From assembly GCA_048937405.1 (NCBI GenBank), contig JBHLNF010000001.1, positions 96,001 to 160,000 on the forward strand: DNA of 64,000 bases, written 5' to 3'. Below the pieces are notes generated by a model. It was not told the DNA's origin. It searched no databases and saw only the letters and a list, made by a program, of their open reading frames with translations. The DNA comes from Promethearchaeota archaeon (lineage in GTDB: Archaea > Asgardarchaeota > Lokiarchaeia > Sigyniarchaeales > SOKP01). The translations under genes were made by a program, and so were the position numbers. Within the stretch, counting starts at the first letter, position 1. The number at the start of each line of letters is the position of its first letter. Positions 1 through 9,856 of the stretch are shown here, in pieces.

Positions 1-2808
1 AATTCTATCAAGACATTCACATAATAAGGGATATAAAGCAGAACGATGCAAATTTTCTACGTTATACGAATAATTAAATGTTGCAAATAATGCATTTGAC
101 CATAATTCTTCATCAACGCCTGGAAAATCAGTATCCCATCCTACACCAAAACCCATACTTTGCATAATCTCTCTTGCTCTAGTAATATTAAAGGTAGCAT
201 AGTTATTTGACCAGTTTGCATATAAGATTCCTTGAGGAATAAGTGATTTTGCTCTTATAGCATTTCCCTCCCATATTTCATCGATAATGTATGAATAATT
301 AATCACATATGATATTGCTTGTCTAAAAGTTTTATTAATCTGTTGATTATTCATACTAAGAAACCACGACTCTGCAGCTGGACCTCCAACTACGGTAAAA
401 TTGGGATCTATTTCGAATGTATCAAGCATTGATGTTATTGGGTCATCTAAAAAGTCAATTATCCCTAAGATTAAAGCATTATTTCTTAGATCTCTATCTG
501 ATATGATCAGGAACCATAGATCTTCGATTCCTGCTGGACCTTGCCAGTAATTCTCATATGAATAGAATTTTACACCAATACTTTCTTGATATTCATCAAA
601 AACAAAAGGACCAGTCCCAATTAAATCTCCTGTATTTGTATCTATGTAATTAGCAAAAGGAGTGGATTTTGGTGACAAAATACCAGTTGCCCAAGAAGAT
701 AAAAGTGCTTCGAGTGCTGCGTATGGTCTGTTTAATACAAATTTAATAGTATATACATCAATTACTTCAGTCCTATTAATTATTGGTACACCGTTATATC
801 CAGAAAACAACGATTTTAATCTTGTTTCTCTGACTTCTATAGGTAAGGTTCCACTAATATTCATAAAATACGCTATTCGGTCAAAATTCCATTTTACGGA
901 AGAAGCATTAAAAGCGGTTCCATCATGAAAAGTAATACCTTGTTTAAGTGTAACAGTATAATTTAAGCCATCTGTAGACCAAGTACCTAAATCTGAAGCA
1001 AGTCTAGGTATAATCTCACAATTAGGAGTAGATAAATTATAAGCAAACAAACTTTCTACAGTCTGATCAATTACATCAATTGATACCGAATCCCAACAAT
1101 TATGAGGATCAAGATCGAATATAACAGAGCTCCTACCAACTATAAAAACATCATCGGGTCTTGGATATTTTAAAAGTACCTCCAATTTAGTGTCTTCAAT
1201 GTTGTCTTCGTTATCAGCAGATCTATAGTATAAAGTTGTAACTCCATTATCAGTAATTATTATTGGCTCGATATATTCAAACCAATTAACTTCATCAAAG
1301 CTATATTCTGTATAGGCTACACCTGATTCCTCATCAAAAGCTGTTAGTTGCACTGTAATATCTGATAAATACCACCCATCAAATCCAAGAATGCCACTCA
1401 CGTCAATAGATGTCTCTGGAGGTACATCATCCAGTTCAATTGGATTAATCCCCCATTCTGGAACCATTAATGTTCCAGTTGCCCAAGTATCTGGATAAAT
1501 TATGTTTCCTGTTGGAAGTACCACTTTTGCCTCATCTTCCTGCCATTGACAGAATAGACCAATGCTATAAGCCTGTCCGTATAGTAAATCATGAGAAGAT
1601 GTAAATGCAATATTTCCACTTACACCTGTAAAAGGATTGCTCGCGTTTATTTTCTCTAATTCTGATACTATTGTATCGGGATTAAAAGATTGGGTCTTAC
1701 TTGTTACATTTGCAAGCAAATAGATAGCATCGTATGATCCTATCCCTGTGTATGCTGGTTCAATTCCATATTCTTCAAAAAAACTATTCCAAAATGGCAT
1801 TGTTAGCGTTGTTTTTGATATATTATAAGTAGATTGCATAACAATTTCATATTGGCAACCACCGTTAGTGTCACTCCAATAAGGATCTAATTGAGCAGGA
1901 ACATCTATACCAACCATAAGACACTTTGGCTTAACAACTCCGTATGTTTGAGCCATAATACCTCCAATGTCTGCCGTAGTTAAAGGAATCACTATTTGAG
2001 CTCCAGCATCGTCGATTTGATTCCAATAATTAGTAAAATCCTCAGTTGTTGCACTTAATGGGAATGCTATGTCTTCCACTATCTCAAAACCAAAAAGTTT
2101 TAAGTATTCTCTTAATACATCAACCATCCCACTAGTCCATTCTTTATCTTCATACAAAAGAGCGGATTTATTAATATCTTTACCGAGTGTTGCAGTTAAA
2201 TAATTATCTAGATAGTATAAATAGGTCAAAAATTCACGCGCAATCGAACTTGCGTTGAGTGGCATTACACGGAAAAAATATTTATATCTCATATAATCAT
2301 CCAAGACGTTTTGGGTTAAATTTTCAGAAGTACATCCAGTACCAATGAAAGGGATATTTGCATCCATTACAGGTTCAATGTATTCCTTCAATGCGTTCAT
2401 GTTGTATCCTCCTATGATATAATGAGGATTATTTTTAAGAATCATGTCATTAACAGCATTGAGAGCTTTAGATATATCAAAGTCAGACTCGGCTTCATGA
2501 GTATTATTTGCAACAAGTCCAATATAATACTGTGTACTATCTATATTAATACCACCCGCTTCATTTATCTCTCTTACTGCTAATTCTGCTCCCTTCCAAG
2601 CGTGTTCACCGCTAATATGGTTCATATCATCTAAAATCCCTACTTTTATTAATTGTTCTATGGTTATATCCCCTGGAGCACCAGGGGCTATGTAAGGATC
2701 TATCATTGATTCATCAGCACTAACGAAAAAAGTAAAAGGCATCAGAAAAGAACTAAGTATGAGTAGTGAAAGAAATAAATAACTTTCTAATTTAGATTTT
2801 TTTATCAT
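1..2808 (-). CDS. Secreted multidomain solute-binding protein: signal peptide + LivJ/Peripla_BP_6-type domain + Ig-like domain + family 5 (Opp/Dpp-type) domain; 3' end runs off the window
   Basis: Not in the ORF track. Read by hand: ATG at 2808 (preceded by GGGTGA), with no in-frame stop down to base 1. MIKKSKLESYLFLSLLILSSFLMPFTFFVSA signal peptide; IKVGILDD..GEHAWKGAELAVREINEAGGI (LivJ-like); DDVPPETSI..DEESGVAYTEYSFD..LYYRSADNEDNIE (Ig-like); LDPH..PRLASD..YTVTLKQGITFHDGTAFNASSVKWNFDR..IGTGPF (SBP family 5). Confidence 0.9.
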   Translation of the reverse strand, partial: MIKKSKLESYLFLSLLILSSFLMPFTFFVSADESMIDPYIAPGAPGDITIEQLIKVGILDDMNHISGEHAWKGAELAVREINEAGGINIDSTQYYIGLVANNTHEAESDFDISKALNAVNDMILKNNPHYIIGGYNMNALKEYIEPVMDANIPFIGTGCTSENLTQNVLDDYMRYKYFFRVMPLNASSIAREFLTYLYYLDNYLTATLGKDINKSALLYEDKEWTSGMVDVLREYLKLFGFEIVEDIAFPLSATTEDFTNYWNQIDDAGAQIVIPLTTADIGGIMAQTYGVVKPKCLMVGIDVPAQLDPYWSDTNGGCQYEIVMQSTYNISKTTLTMPFWNSFFEEYGIEPAYTGIGSYDAIYLLANVTSKTQSFNPDTIVSELEKINASNPFTGVSGNIAFTSSHDLLYGQAYSIGLFCQWQEDEAKVVLPTGNIIYPDTWATGTLMVPEWGINPIELDDVPPETSIDVSGILGFDGWYLSDITVQLTAFDEESGVAYTEYSFDEVNWFEYIEPIIITDNGVTTLYYRSADNEDNIEDTKLEVLLKYPRPDDVFIVGRSSVIFDLDPHNCWDSVSIDVIDQTVESLFAYNLSTPNCEIIPRLASDLGTWSTDGLNYTVTLKQGITFHDGTAFNASSVKWNFDRIAYFMNISGTLPIEVRETRLKSLFSGYNGVPIINRTEVIDVYTIKFVLNRPYAALEALLSSWATGILSPKSTPFANYIDTNTGDLIGTGPFVFDEYQESIGVKFYSYENYWQGPAGIEDLWFLIISDRDLRNNALILGIIDFLDDPITSMLDTFEIDPNFTVVGGPAAESWFLSMNNQQINKTFRQAISYVINYSYIIDEIWEGNAIRAKSLIPQGILYANWSNNYATFNITRAREIMQSMGFGVGWDTDFPGVDEELWSNALFATFNYSYNVENLHRSALYPLLCECLDRI

Positions 2809-3245
2809 TTTATTTCACCCATTTCTGTAAAAAAAATACAGAATTGTATAATACAAAATTAAACATTTATTTAAAAATCTTTCTCTAAGTTATTAATAAA
2901 ATTATATCAAACTCTTTAAAAGAAAATTAGGATTATTATATTTTAAGAGCAGTTGGATTCAGTTTTTCTTATTGATTTCGTTGTAATAATCCTTCTATTA
3001 ATATGTGAAATTAGAGATTAGACTTTTTGAAAAATAAAGAGAATAAATCCATAAATTATATTCAAATTCATACTAAATATAAGTTTAAGATCTATTTAAC
3101 CCAAAATTCTTTCAATTTGTCAATTTGAGTAAATATATCTAAAAGTATAATTTTATTTTTATCATAATTTTTTTTATTGAAGCACAAATTTATTTAGATA
3201 GAATTTGTAAGTTTATTGATAATTAGCAAATGAAATTGTTATAGT

Positions 3246-4526
3246 ATGAAGAAAAATAATTTTCAACATCCTTCAAAAGATATTGTTGAAAGTAAAGGAA
3301 CAATTCTTAGGGGAAAAACAATTTGTATGTGCCTAACAGGTTCAGTAGCAGTAAGTATTTCGCCTATCGTAGCCCGAGAACTCATGAGATTAGGAGCCGA
3401 AGTTATTTGTGTAATGTCAAGATCAGCAACAGAATTGATTAAACCTACCTTAATGGAATGGGCAACAGGAAACAAAGTTATTACTAATTTAACAGGAGCT
3501 GTCGAACATGTTTTTCTCGCAGGAGATAGATCTCATGGCGCTGGAAAAGCGGATTTAATATTAATATGCCCATCTACAGCAAATACAATTTCAAAAATAG
3601 CATGTGGAATTGATGATACTCCAGTTACAACGGTGGTTTCCACAGCATTTGGAACATCTATACCGATAGTTATCGTACCAGCTATGCATGAAAGTATGTA
3701 TAGACATCCAATCTTAGAGCAAAATGAACGTAAATTACGGGAATGTGGAGTTGATATCTTAGGTCCTAGAATTTCGGAAGGAAAGGCAAAAGTTGCTAGA
3801 GTTGATGATATTATTGATAGGGTCATCGATTTATTAATTACCAAGAAAGATTTTGAGGGAAAGAAAGTTCTTATAACAGCAGGTCCAACAAGGGAAGCTA
3901 TAGATTCAGTTCGATTTGTTTCAAACAAATCATCAGGAAGAATGGGGATAGAGTTAGCTAAAGAAGCTTCTGCTAGAGGAGCAGAAGTTATGTTAATTGC
4001 AGGAGAATGTATAGCAAAACTTCCAGATTATATTAACACCAAACATGTAGTTTCAACAGATGATTTTATAAGAGCAGTTAAAGATGAAATTTCATTGAAT
4101 AATTATGATATTTTCATATCTGCGGCAGCGGTGAGTGATTATAAACCCACAGCATGTATTGAAGGCAAAATATCTTCTGACAATATTGAAGAATTACGTA
4201 TCGATATGAAATTAACTCCAAAAATAATAAACGTGGCAAGAAAAAAAGATTTAAATTTATTTATTGTTGGATTTAAAGCCGAATCAAACGTATCTAAAAG
4301 TGAGTTAATAGAACGAGCATATAATCGGCTTGTTAAATCTGATGCAGATTTATTTGTAGCAAATGATATTGGTAGAGAAGATATAGGATTCACCAGTAAA
4401 TACAATGAAGTATTTATTATAGATAAAAAAAAACATATTACTCACGTTGAGAGAAATACTAAGCGATATATCGCTTCTAAAATTCTTGATACTACTTTAG
4501 AGGTTTTTAAAAAAAAAGAAAAGTAG
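3246..4526 (+). CDS. coaBC: Bifunctional phosphopantothenoylcysteine decarboxylase / phosphopantothenate-cysteine ligase
   Basis: Flavoprotein domain (LTGSVA, PSTANTISKIACG, PAMH) plus DFP domain (ITAGPTREAIDSVRFVSNKSSGRMG, SAAAVSDY, VGFKAE). Confidence 0.95.
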   Translation: MKKNNFQHPSKDIVESKGTILRGKTICMCLTGSVAVSISPIVARELMRLGAEVICVMSRSATELIKPTLMEWATGNKVITNLTGAVEHVFLAGDRSHGAGKADLILICPSTANTISKIACGIDDTPVTTVVSTAFGTSIPIVIVPAMHESMYRHPILEQNERKLRECGVDILGPRISEGKAKVARVDDIIDRVIDLLITKKDFEGKKVLITAGPTREAIDSVRFVSNKSSGRMGIELAKEASARGAEVMLIAGECIAKLPDYINTKHVVSTDDFIRAVKDEISLNNYDIFISAAAVSDYKPTACIEGKISSDNIEELRIDMKLTPKIINVARKKDLNLFIVGFKAESNVSKSELIERAYNRLVKSDADLFVANDIGREDIGFTSKYNEVFIIDKKKHITHVERNTKRYIASKILDTTLEVFKKKEK

Positions 4527-4852
4527 AACATTTTTTTCTACTATAGTTTTAAAAGCTATATTAAGAATATTCCTTTCTTTTATAAGATTAAGAACCCAAT
4601 CATAATATTTAAATAGTAATTTAATTACTCTAAAAAGTGAAGGAACTAATAATATTCATGCTTATAATATTATAAGACAAAGAAAAATGAGTATTGACAT
4701 CATATAAAATTATATTGTAGAAAGAATTTCGAAAATAACAGTAATGTATACTGTTAATTTTGGAAGTAAGTTTAATAAAATGAAAAAAAAGTGTATTACA
4801 AATTTCATCTAAAGAAGAAGGAAAAATAAAACAAGGGACTATTGCTGATTAT

Positions 4853-7800
4853 ATGCGTAAGAGGACTCAGCTAGTCGGTTTTGAATTTGGTTATTGGAAG
4901 CATGTACAGTATTGTAGTGAATTTATAGACAATGCTTTGGATGCGATTGAAAGCTTTCAATGGAAGGAATTAAAAAAATCAGATTCAAAGATAAGTTTTT
5001 CATTGGATCAAGAATTATTTTTAGAAAAATTTTCTATATTAGAGGCAGCAAAGGAAGAAAAAAAGACTCAACATTTAGATAGTGAAGCTAAACATACATT
5101 AATGCAGGAACTGGGTATTGAATCTACAGAAACCAATGAATCTGTTGTAAATAAGGTAGAAATAAAAGAAGAAGAATCAGGTGAAATAACAGATAAAGAA
5201 GAATTAGAGGTTGAGGAAGAGGTTAAAAGAATTATTGATGATATGAATGAAATAATTAAACCAGTTGAGTTTATAATTGATGTAGAACCAATCGTAATAA
5301 TTCGCATCAGAGAATTTGAAGCCCCAGCTTTTTTAACATCAGAAATAAGTCAAAAAAATATCATGAGTTATTCTTTTGAGATTTTTGATAATGGCACAGG
5401 TATGTCAAAGATTGATTTAAGAAAATTTGGTAGATATCTAGCATCCTCAAAATCTATGGAACTAAAACAAACCAGAGGTAGTCAAGGATTTGGAGCACCA
5501 AGTGCCTTTAGTGATGCTCAAAATACAACAGGCAAACCAGTTATTACAGTTTCAAAGTCAATTGATAATATTTATGCAACAGTTGCAGAATTTTTTACAA
5601 CTTCGAAAAATGAAAAAAAATACTTAATTCATCCAACTGAGATTGATAGTCCTTTCTTACATGGTACTTATATCAAGTTGAATTATTTAAACGTAAGGTA
5701 TATTAGAGGATATGCTGAGAAGTATATTGAAGAAACAGCGTTTATGAATCCTCATGTTACAATAATATATATTGATCCTTTTGGAAAAGAAAAAATATAC
5801 CGTAGATTAGCGACTTCGTTCCCACCCGAGCCAAAATATGCTAAACCTCATCCTTCTTCGGTTAATATTGGAGATTTACAAGATCTAATTACAAAATCAG
5901 AAAATAAATCTATTTCAGCATTTTTACAAGATAATTTTGTCAGAATGAGTTCAAGAACCGCTAAAGAAATCGTTGATATTGCTGAGAGAGACTTGCAAGA
6001 TAAATTAAATTTTCTTATTCTAAAAGATGGGTATATAAATATAGCAAAGAAAAAAACTGATCAAATACACTTTATGAAAAATGAAAAAAGAGTCTATGGA
6101 CGTTCTGATAAACCAAGAGATAAGCTAATAATTTATCAAGTTGAATCAGAAGAACTTAAAGAAAAGTACTGGAACACGGTTCAGAATTATAATAAATATA
6201 TTAAAGATTATGAAAAAAACAATAAAGAAATCAAGAAATTAAATGATCAAATTGAAAAATCAGAGACTCAAAAAGAAATTAAAGCTATTGAAAGAAAGAT
6301 TAAAAATATCTTGAAAAATATAGAGGGAATCAGAAAAGAAAAAGATAAAATTAAGGGAATTCTAAATAATCTGTTTAAAGATGTAAAGGATGGATTGATT
6401 GAACTAAAAAAATTTAAGAATCGAACTGATTTTGAATCTTTGATTAATGAAGTTCAAATATCTAAGACAAAACCTGTTGATTTAACAAAAGAACAATTTA
6501 ATTCTCTTTTTCTTGCTTTCAAATCAATAAAGTATATGGCTCCTCCAACAGATACTGCAATACCAGTGGGTGAATCAATTTTAGAAAATACTTTAATTAA
6601 GGAAATTGGATTAAGGATTTCAGAAAGTTTAGATGATTTTGATACCCCTATTGATACTACTAATCAAACAATTGAATTACTACATGAAGAAAAAAAGAGA
6701 TTACTGATAGAAGAAGGAAAAAAGGTTCAGGATGATGAAATTGCCAACATTAAAATAGATCCAGAAGAAGTTATAAACATAAGTTCTGAGATTTTAGGAT
6801 CGATTGATATCGATGGAAGTTCTCTCGATCAACAAGTAGTAAAACAAACTATTAACGATGTTCTTACATTTTCTGATATAGAATCTATTGATAGTTATCA
6901 TGATGTATTTGAATATTTCCTTGAAACCTACACAAAAGATGATGATTTTGTATCAGCAGAGACAAGAGCACCTACAAGTGGAAAAGGATTGGCGTACGTT
7001 GTCGAAGCTGTAATGGCTTATTCAAGAAATATGGAAACACCTAAACGTGCAAGAGATGTTTTGTCTAGGTTTGTGAATAGAACTCCCAAATTAAGAGATA
7101 GTGCTGATTGTGCTATAACAAAAGCAGTTCAATCAGTAAATTGGAAAAATTATAATCTTGATAGCTATGATAATGGATTACCAAAAGGTCCAATTAAATT
7201 ATTAGTCAATGTATCTGGCCCTTTTGTACACTTAATGTTTAAATCGCAATCAAAAAATGCTCTTGCTGATGACGATGAACTGATTAAAGAAATAAAATAT
7301 TGTCTTGAAGCAATAGGAAGAAGATTACGAGTATATCTCAATAGAAGGGCAAGTCTTCGTAAAAGCGAAAAAAGGTCTAGTTTAATAGAGAAATATATTC
7401 CCATATTTGCCAAAAGTTTGTATAATATCGCATCTCAAGGGGAAAGCAAATTTAAAGCGAAGATAATGACTAAAGAAATTGAAGAATTAATGAAGGGAGC
7501 AATAGGAAAAAAATCAGTTCCCTCTCCAGTACAAGATTTTAAGATAGAAAAACATGAGATAAAAGAAGTAAAATCTGTAGAGGAAAAACAAAAGCAAATA
7601 GAAATGCCTAAAGAAGAAATACCCGTTGAGAAAGAAATCTCTCCTGAAAAACCTAAATTAGAAAAAATAATGATTTCTAAAAAATCTTTACTAAACTGGA
7701 CTGTCAAAGAACTAAAGAATTATTGTGTGGAAAAAGATATTGAATTACACTCAAAAGCAAGGAAAAATGATATTATTGAGAAAATTTTAGAATCTTTTAC

Positions 7801-8155
7801 CGAAGAGAGAATAGTAAAGAAACCAGAAGAAATAAAAAGAGAAGTATCAGAAAAAATTATAAAAAAGCCAAAACTTAAAATAACTCCTATGAAGAAAAAG
7901 CCTATTCCAACAGTACCTAAAACAATAACTGCAAAATCAAAATCGACCCAAACAACACTCCCTATTATTACTACAGATAAAATAATATCGGTATTATCTA
8001 ACGAGTGGCAAAATATAAAACACCTTATCTTTAAACTAAAGATTAAAGATATGATGGATGCCCGTTACCTTCAGTTGAAGTTAAAAGAATTGGAACGTAA
8101 AGGAGATGTATTGGTTGAATTAAAAATGGGAAGAAAACATTGGAAATTAAAATGA
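4853..8155 (+). CDS. top6B: DNA topoisomerase VI subunit B with large insertions and a C-terminal extension; true start probably upstream (~4802)
   Basis: GHKL motifs EFIDNALDA, DNGTG, TRGSQGFG, HGT; KPHP; RFVNRTPKL; VNWKNY; SQSKNALA; adjacent to top6A. Confidence 0.92.
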   Translation: MRKRTQLVGFEFGYWKHVQYCSEFIDNALDAIESFQWKELKKSDSKISFSLDQELFLEKFSILEAAKEEKKTQHLDSEAKHTLMQELGIESTETNESVVNKVEIKEEESGEITDKEELEVEEEVKRIIDDMNEIIKPVEFIIDVEPIVIIRIREFEAPAFLTSEISQKNIMSYSFEIFDNGTGMSKIDLRKFGRYLASSKSMELKQTRGSQGFGAPSAFSDAQNTTGKPVITVSKSIDNIYATVAEFFTTSKNEKKYLIHPTEIDSPFLHGTYIKLNYLNVRYIRGYAEKYIEETAFMNPHVTIIYIDPFGKEKIYRRLATSFPPEPKYAKPHPSSVNIGDLQDLITKSENKSISAFLQDNFVRMSSRTAKEIVDIAERDLQDKLNFLILKDGYINIAKKKTDQIHFMKNEKRVYGRSDKPRDKLIIYQVESEELKEKYWNTVQNYNKYIKDYEKNNKEIKKLNDQIEKSETQKEIKAIERKIKNILKNIEGIRKEKDKIKGILNNLFKDVKDGLIELKKFKNRTDFESLINEVQISKTKPVDLTKEQFNSLFLAFKSIKYMAPPTDTAIPVGESILENTLIKEIGLRISESLDDFDTPIDTTNQTIELLHEEKKRLLIEEGKKVQDDEIANIKIDPEEVINISSEILGSIDIDGSSLDQQVVKQTINDVLTFSDIESIDSYHDVFEYFLETYTKDDDFVSAETRAPTSGKGLAYVVEAVMAYSRNMETPKRARDVLSRFVNRTPKLRDSADCAITKAVQSVNWKNYNLDSYDNGLPKGPIKLLVNVSGPFVHLMFKSQSKNALADDDELIKEIKYCLEAIGRRLRVYLNRRASLRKSEKRSSLIEKYIPIFAKSLYNIASQGESKFKAKIMTKEIEELMKGAIGKKSVPSPVQDFKIEKHEIKEVKSVEEKQKQIEMPKEEIPVEKEISPEKPKLEKIMISKKSLLNWTVKELKNYCVEKDIELHSKARKNDIIEKILESFTEERIVKKPEEIKREVSEKIIKKPKLKITPMKKKPIPTVPKTITAKSKSTQTTLPIITTDKIISVLSNEWQNIKHLIFKLKIKDMMDARYLQLKLKELERKGDVLVELKMGRKHWKLK

Positions 8156-8165
8156 GGTAAAAAAT

Positions 8166-9347
8166 ATGGCAAAAACTAGTAAAGTTTATGATTTAAAAGC
8201 AGCAAAAAATTTATATTTAGAATATTTAGAAAAAGGAAAGGAACATAAAGAAATCGCTCTTCCACCCGATACTGTAAAAATTGATGATCTAAATAAAAAA
8301 GAGATGTTAGATCGATTATATAGACTAGTCGATAATGTTCTGGAAAGAATTTATAAAACGGGAAGACCCTCAATCGAATTACCTTCTAGATCGAGCTCTA
8401 ATATCATTTGGGATGAAGAAAATGATCTGTTATTACTTGGTAAGCAAATAATGGAAAAGCAATTTCATTCATTAACCAGCGTCGCAGATATTACTAGACT
8501 AATGAGAGTATTAGAGGTAGTTAATGAGCTTCTCATTGAAGATATTCATGCTACTAAAAGAGAAATTTTCTATACTGATGTAAATTTATTCCAAGAGCAA
8601 AAAAATAGTGATAAAAGCATCGAAGATGTTGCCACAATGTTATATACGACAAGAAATTCAACACATATAGTTGCAGCTCCAAAAGGTACATGTGTTGGAA
8701 GATTAAGAATTCGCGATAGAAATGATATTATTGATTTGGAAGGGTTAGGGAGTGGTGGATGGACAATTTCACCAATGCTTGATAACATTGAAATAATTGA
8801 GTCTGATGCTGAATTTATCTTAGTAATCGAGAAGGATGCTGCTATGATGCGATTAGCAGAGGCTAGATTTTGGAGAAAGTACCCTTGTATCTTATTGACA
8901 GCTCAGGGTGTTGGAAATGTTGCTGTACGAATGTTTCTAAAGAGATTGAGTAAAGAATTAAATTTACCAATTTTTAGTTTAGTTGATAGTGATCCTTACG
9001 GTCACTATATACATTCGGTATATCTAAGAGGTTCGAAGAGATTAAGTTATGAATCACCTTTTCTAGCGACCCCAGATATCAAATTGCTAGGGGTTTTAAC
9101 AAGAGATTTAGATAAATATAAAATTCCTCAAGAAGTCAGGATAAAAATGAATAAACAGGATGAGAAGCGTGTAAAAGATCTCTTAAACGAAGACTTCGTG
9201 AAAAAGAATAAGGCTTGGGAAGCTGATCTCAAACTAGCTCTTAAACTTAAAATAAAAGCAGAAATACAAGCATTTGCGTCTCATGGATTTAAATTTTTAA
9301 CAGATCAATACTTACCAGAGAAACTCACAACAGGTGATTGGATATAA
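8166..9347 (+). CDS. top6A: DNA topoisomerase VI subunit A (Spo11 family)
   Basis: TKREIFY (catalytic Tyr), TOPRIM VIEKDA and DSDPYG, KAEIQA; GAGGT RBS-like motif upstream. Confidence 0.95.
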   Translation: MAKTSKVYDLKAAKNLYLEYLEKGKEHKEIALPPDTVKIDDLNKKEMLDRLYRLVDNVLERIYKTGRPSIELPSRSSSNIIWDEENDLLLLGKQIMEKQFHSLTSVADITRLMRVLEVVNELLIEDIHATKREIFYTDVNLFQEQKNSDKSIEDVATMLYTTRNSTHIVAAPKGTCVGRLRIRDRNDIIDLEGLGSGGWTISPMLDNIEIIESDAEFILVIEKDAAMMRLAEARFWRKYPCILLTAQGVGNVAVRMFLKRLSKELNLPIFSLVDSDPYGHYIHSVYLRGSKRLSYESPFLATPDIKLLGVLTRDLDKYKIPQEVRIKMNKQDEKRVKDLLNEDFVKKNKAWEADLKLALKLKIKAEIQAFASHGFKFLTDQYLPEKLTTGDWI

Positions 9348-9856
9348 GAGTCTTTAAAAAACAAGATGGTGGAGTTGTACAATTAATCGATAAAGAAGAT
9401 ATGAAAGAATGGCCTATTGAATTACCTTTACTTTTTATCGAATATATAAGGAATAAACAATTAGAAAGCTATGGAAGTGCTAAAAAGGACGTGGAGAAAT
9501 ATCTTGATGAAATTTTAAGTGATGTAGCAATTCCTAGACTAGTAAGTGTTTTGGAAGGAACTGATAATGAACAAATTATATTAGCTTTGACTCGCATTGA
9601 AGAAATTTCAAGAAAAGACGTTGAAATGGCAAAACCAATTAAAAAATATCTAACTGATCTTTCAAAGAAAAATGATAAACAAATAGTAAAATTAGCTCAA
9701 GCTATTTCAAAAAATTTTAGTAACGCTGAGAGGAAAAAAGAATTAGCAGAGAAAAGAAAGATTATGCGTGAAAAAGAGAAATCTTTTCTTGAGGGCAAAA
9801 TAAGTGGAGAAGATTACGCTAAGGCAAGAAAGGAATACTTAACATTAAAAGACTAA
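9338..9856 (+). CDS. Hypothetical protein with a HEAT-like helical pair and a SHOCT-like C-terminus
   Basis: 172-aa ORF overlapping the top6A stop and the pyrE start. AIPRLVSVL..IILALTRIEEI is HEAT-like; FLEGKISGEDYAKARKEYL is SHOCT-like. Confidence 0.7.
   Translation: MDIRVFKKQDGGVVQLIDKEDMKEWPIELPLLFIEYIRNKQLESYGSAKKDVEKYLDEILSDVAIPRLVSVLEGTDNEQIILALTRIEEISRKDVEMAKPIKKYLTDLSKKNDKQIVKLAQAISKNFSNAERKKELAEKRKIMREKEKSFLEGKISGEDYAKARKEYLTLKD

Noticed and set aside
662-928. Plus-strand 88-aa ORF in the track
   Set aside because: Antisense shadow of the real 1..2808 minus-strand gene.
2823-2856. Two short adjacent palindromes (TTCTGTA-N7-TACAGAA; TTGTAT-A-ATACAA) upstream of the SBP fusion gene
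   Set aside because: Short AT-rich arms with different spacers; plausible by chance at this base composition.
3700-3800. CoaBC lacks the bacterial LACG substrate-clamp Cys motif (reads GPRISEGKAK)
   Set aside because: Resembles the usual archaeal CoaBC variant as I recall it; not evidence of inactivation.
4960-6940. Possible inteins in top6B (and in mcm)
   Set aside because: No Cys/Ser-start and His-Asn-end splice motifs or LAGLIDADG blocks; mcm is of normal length.
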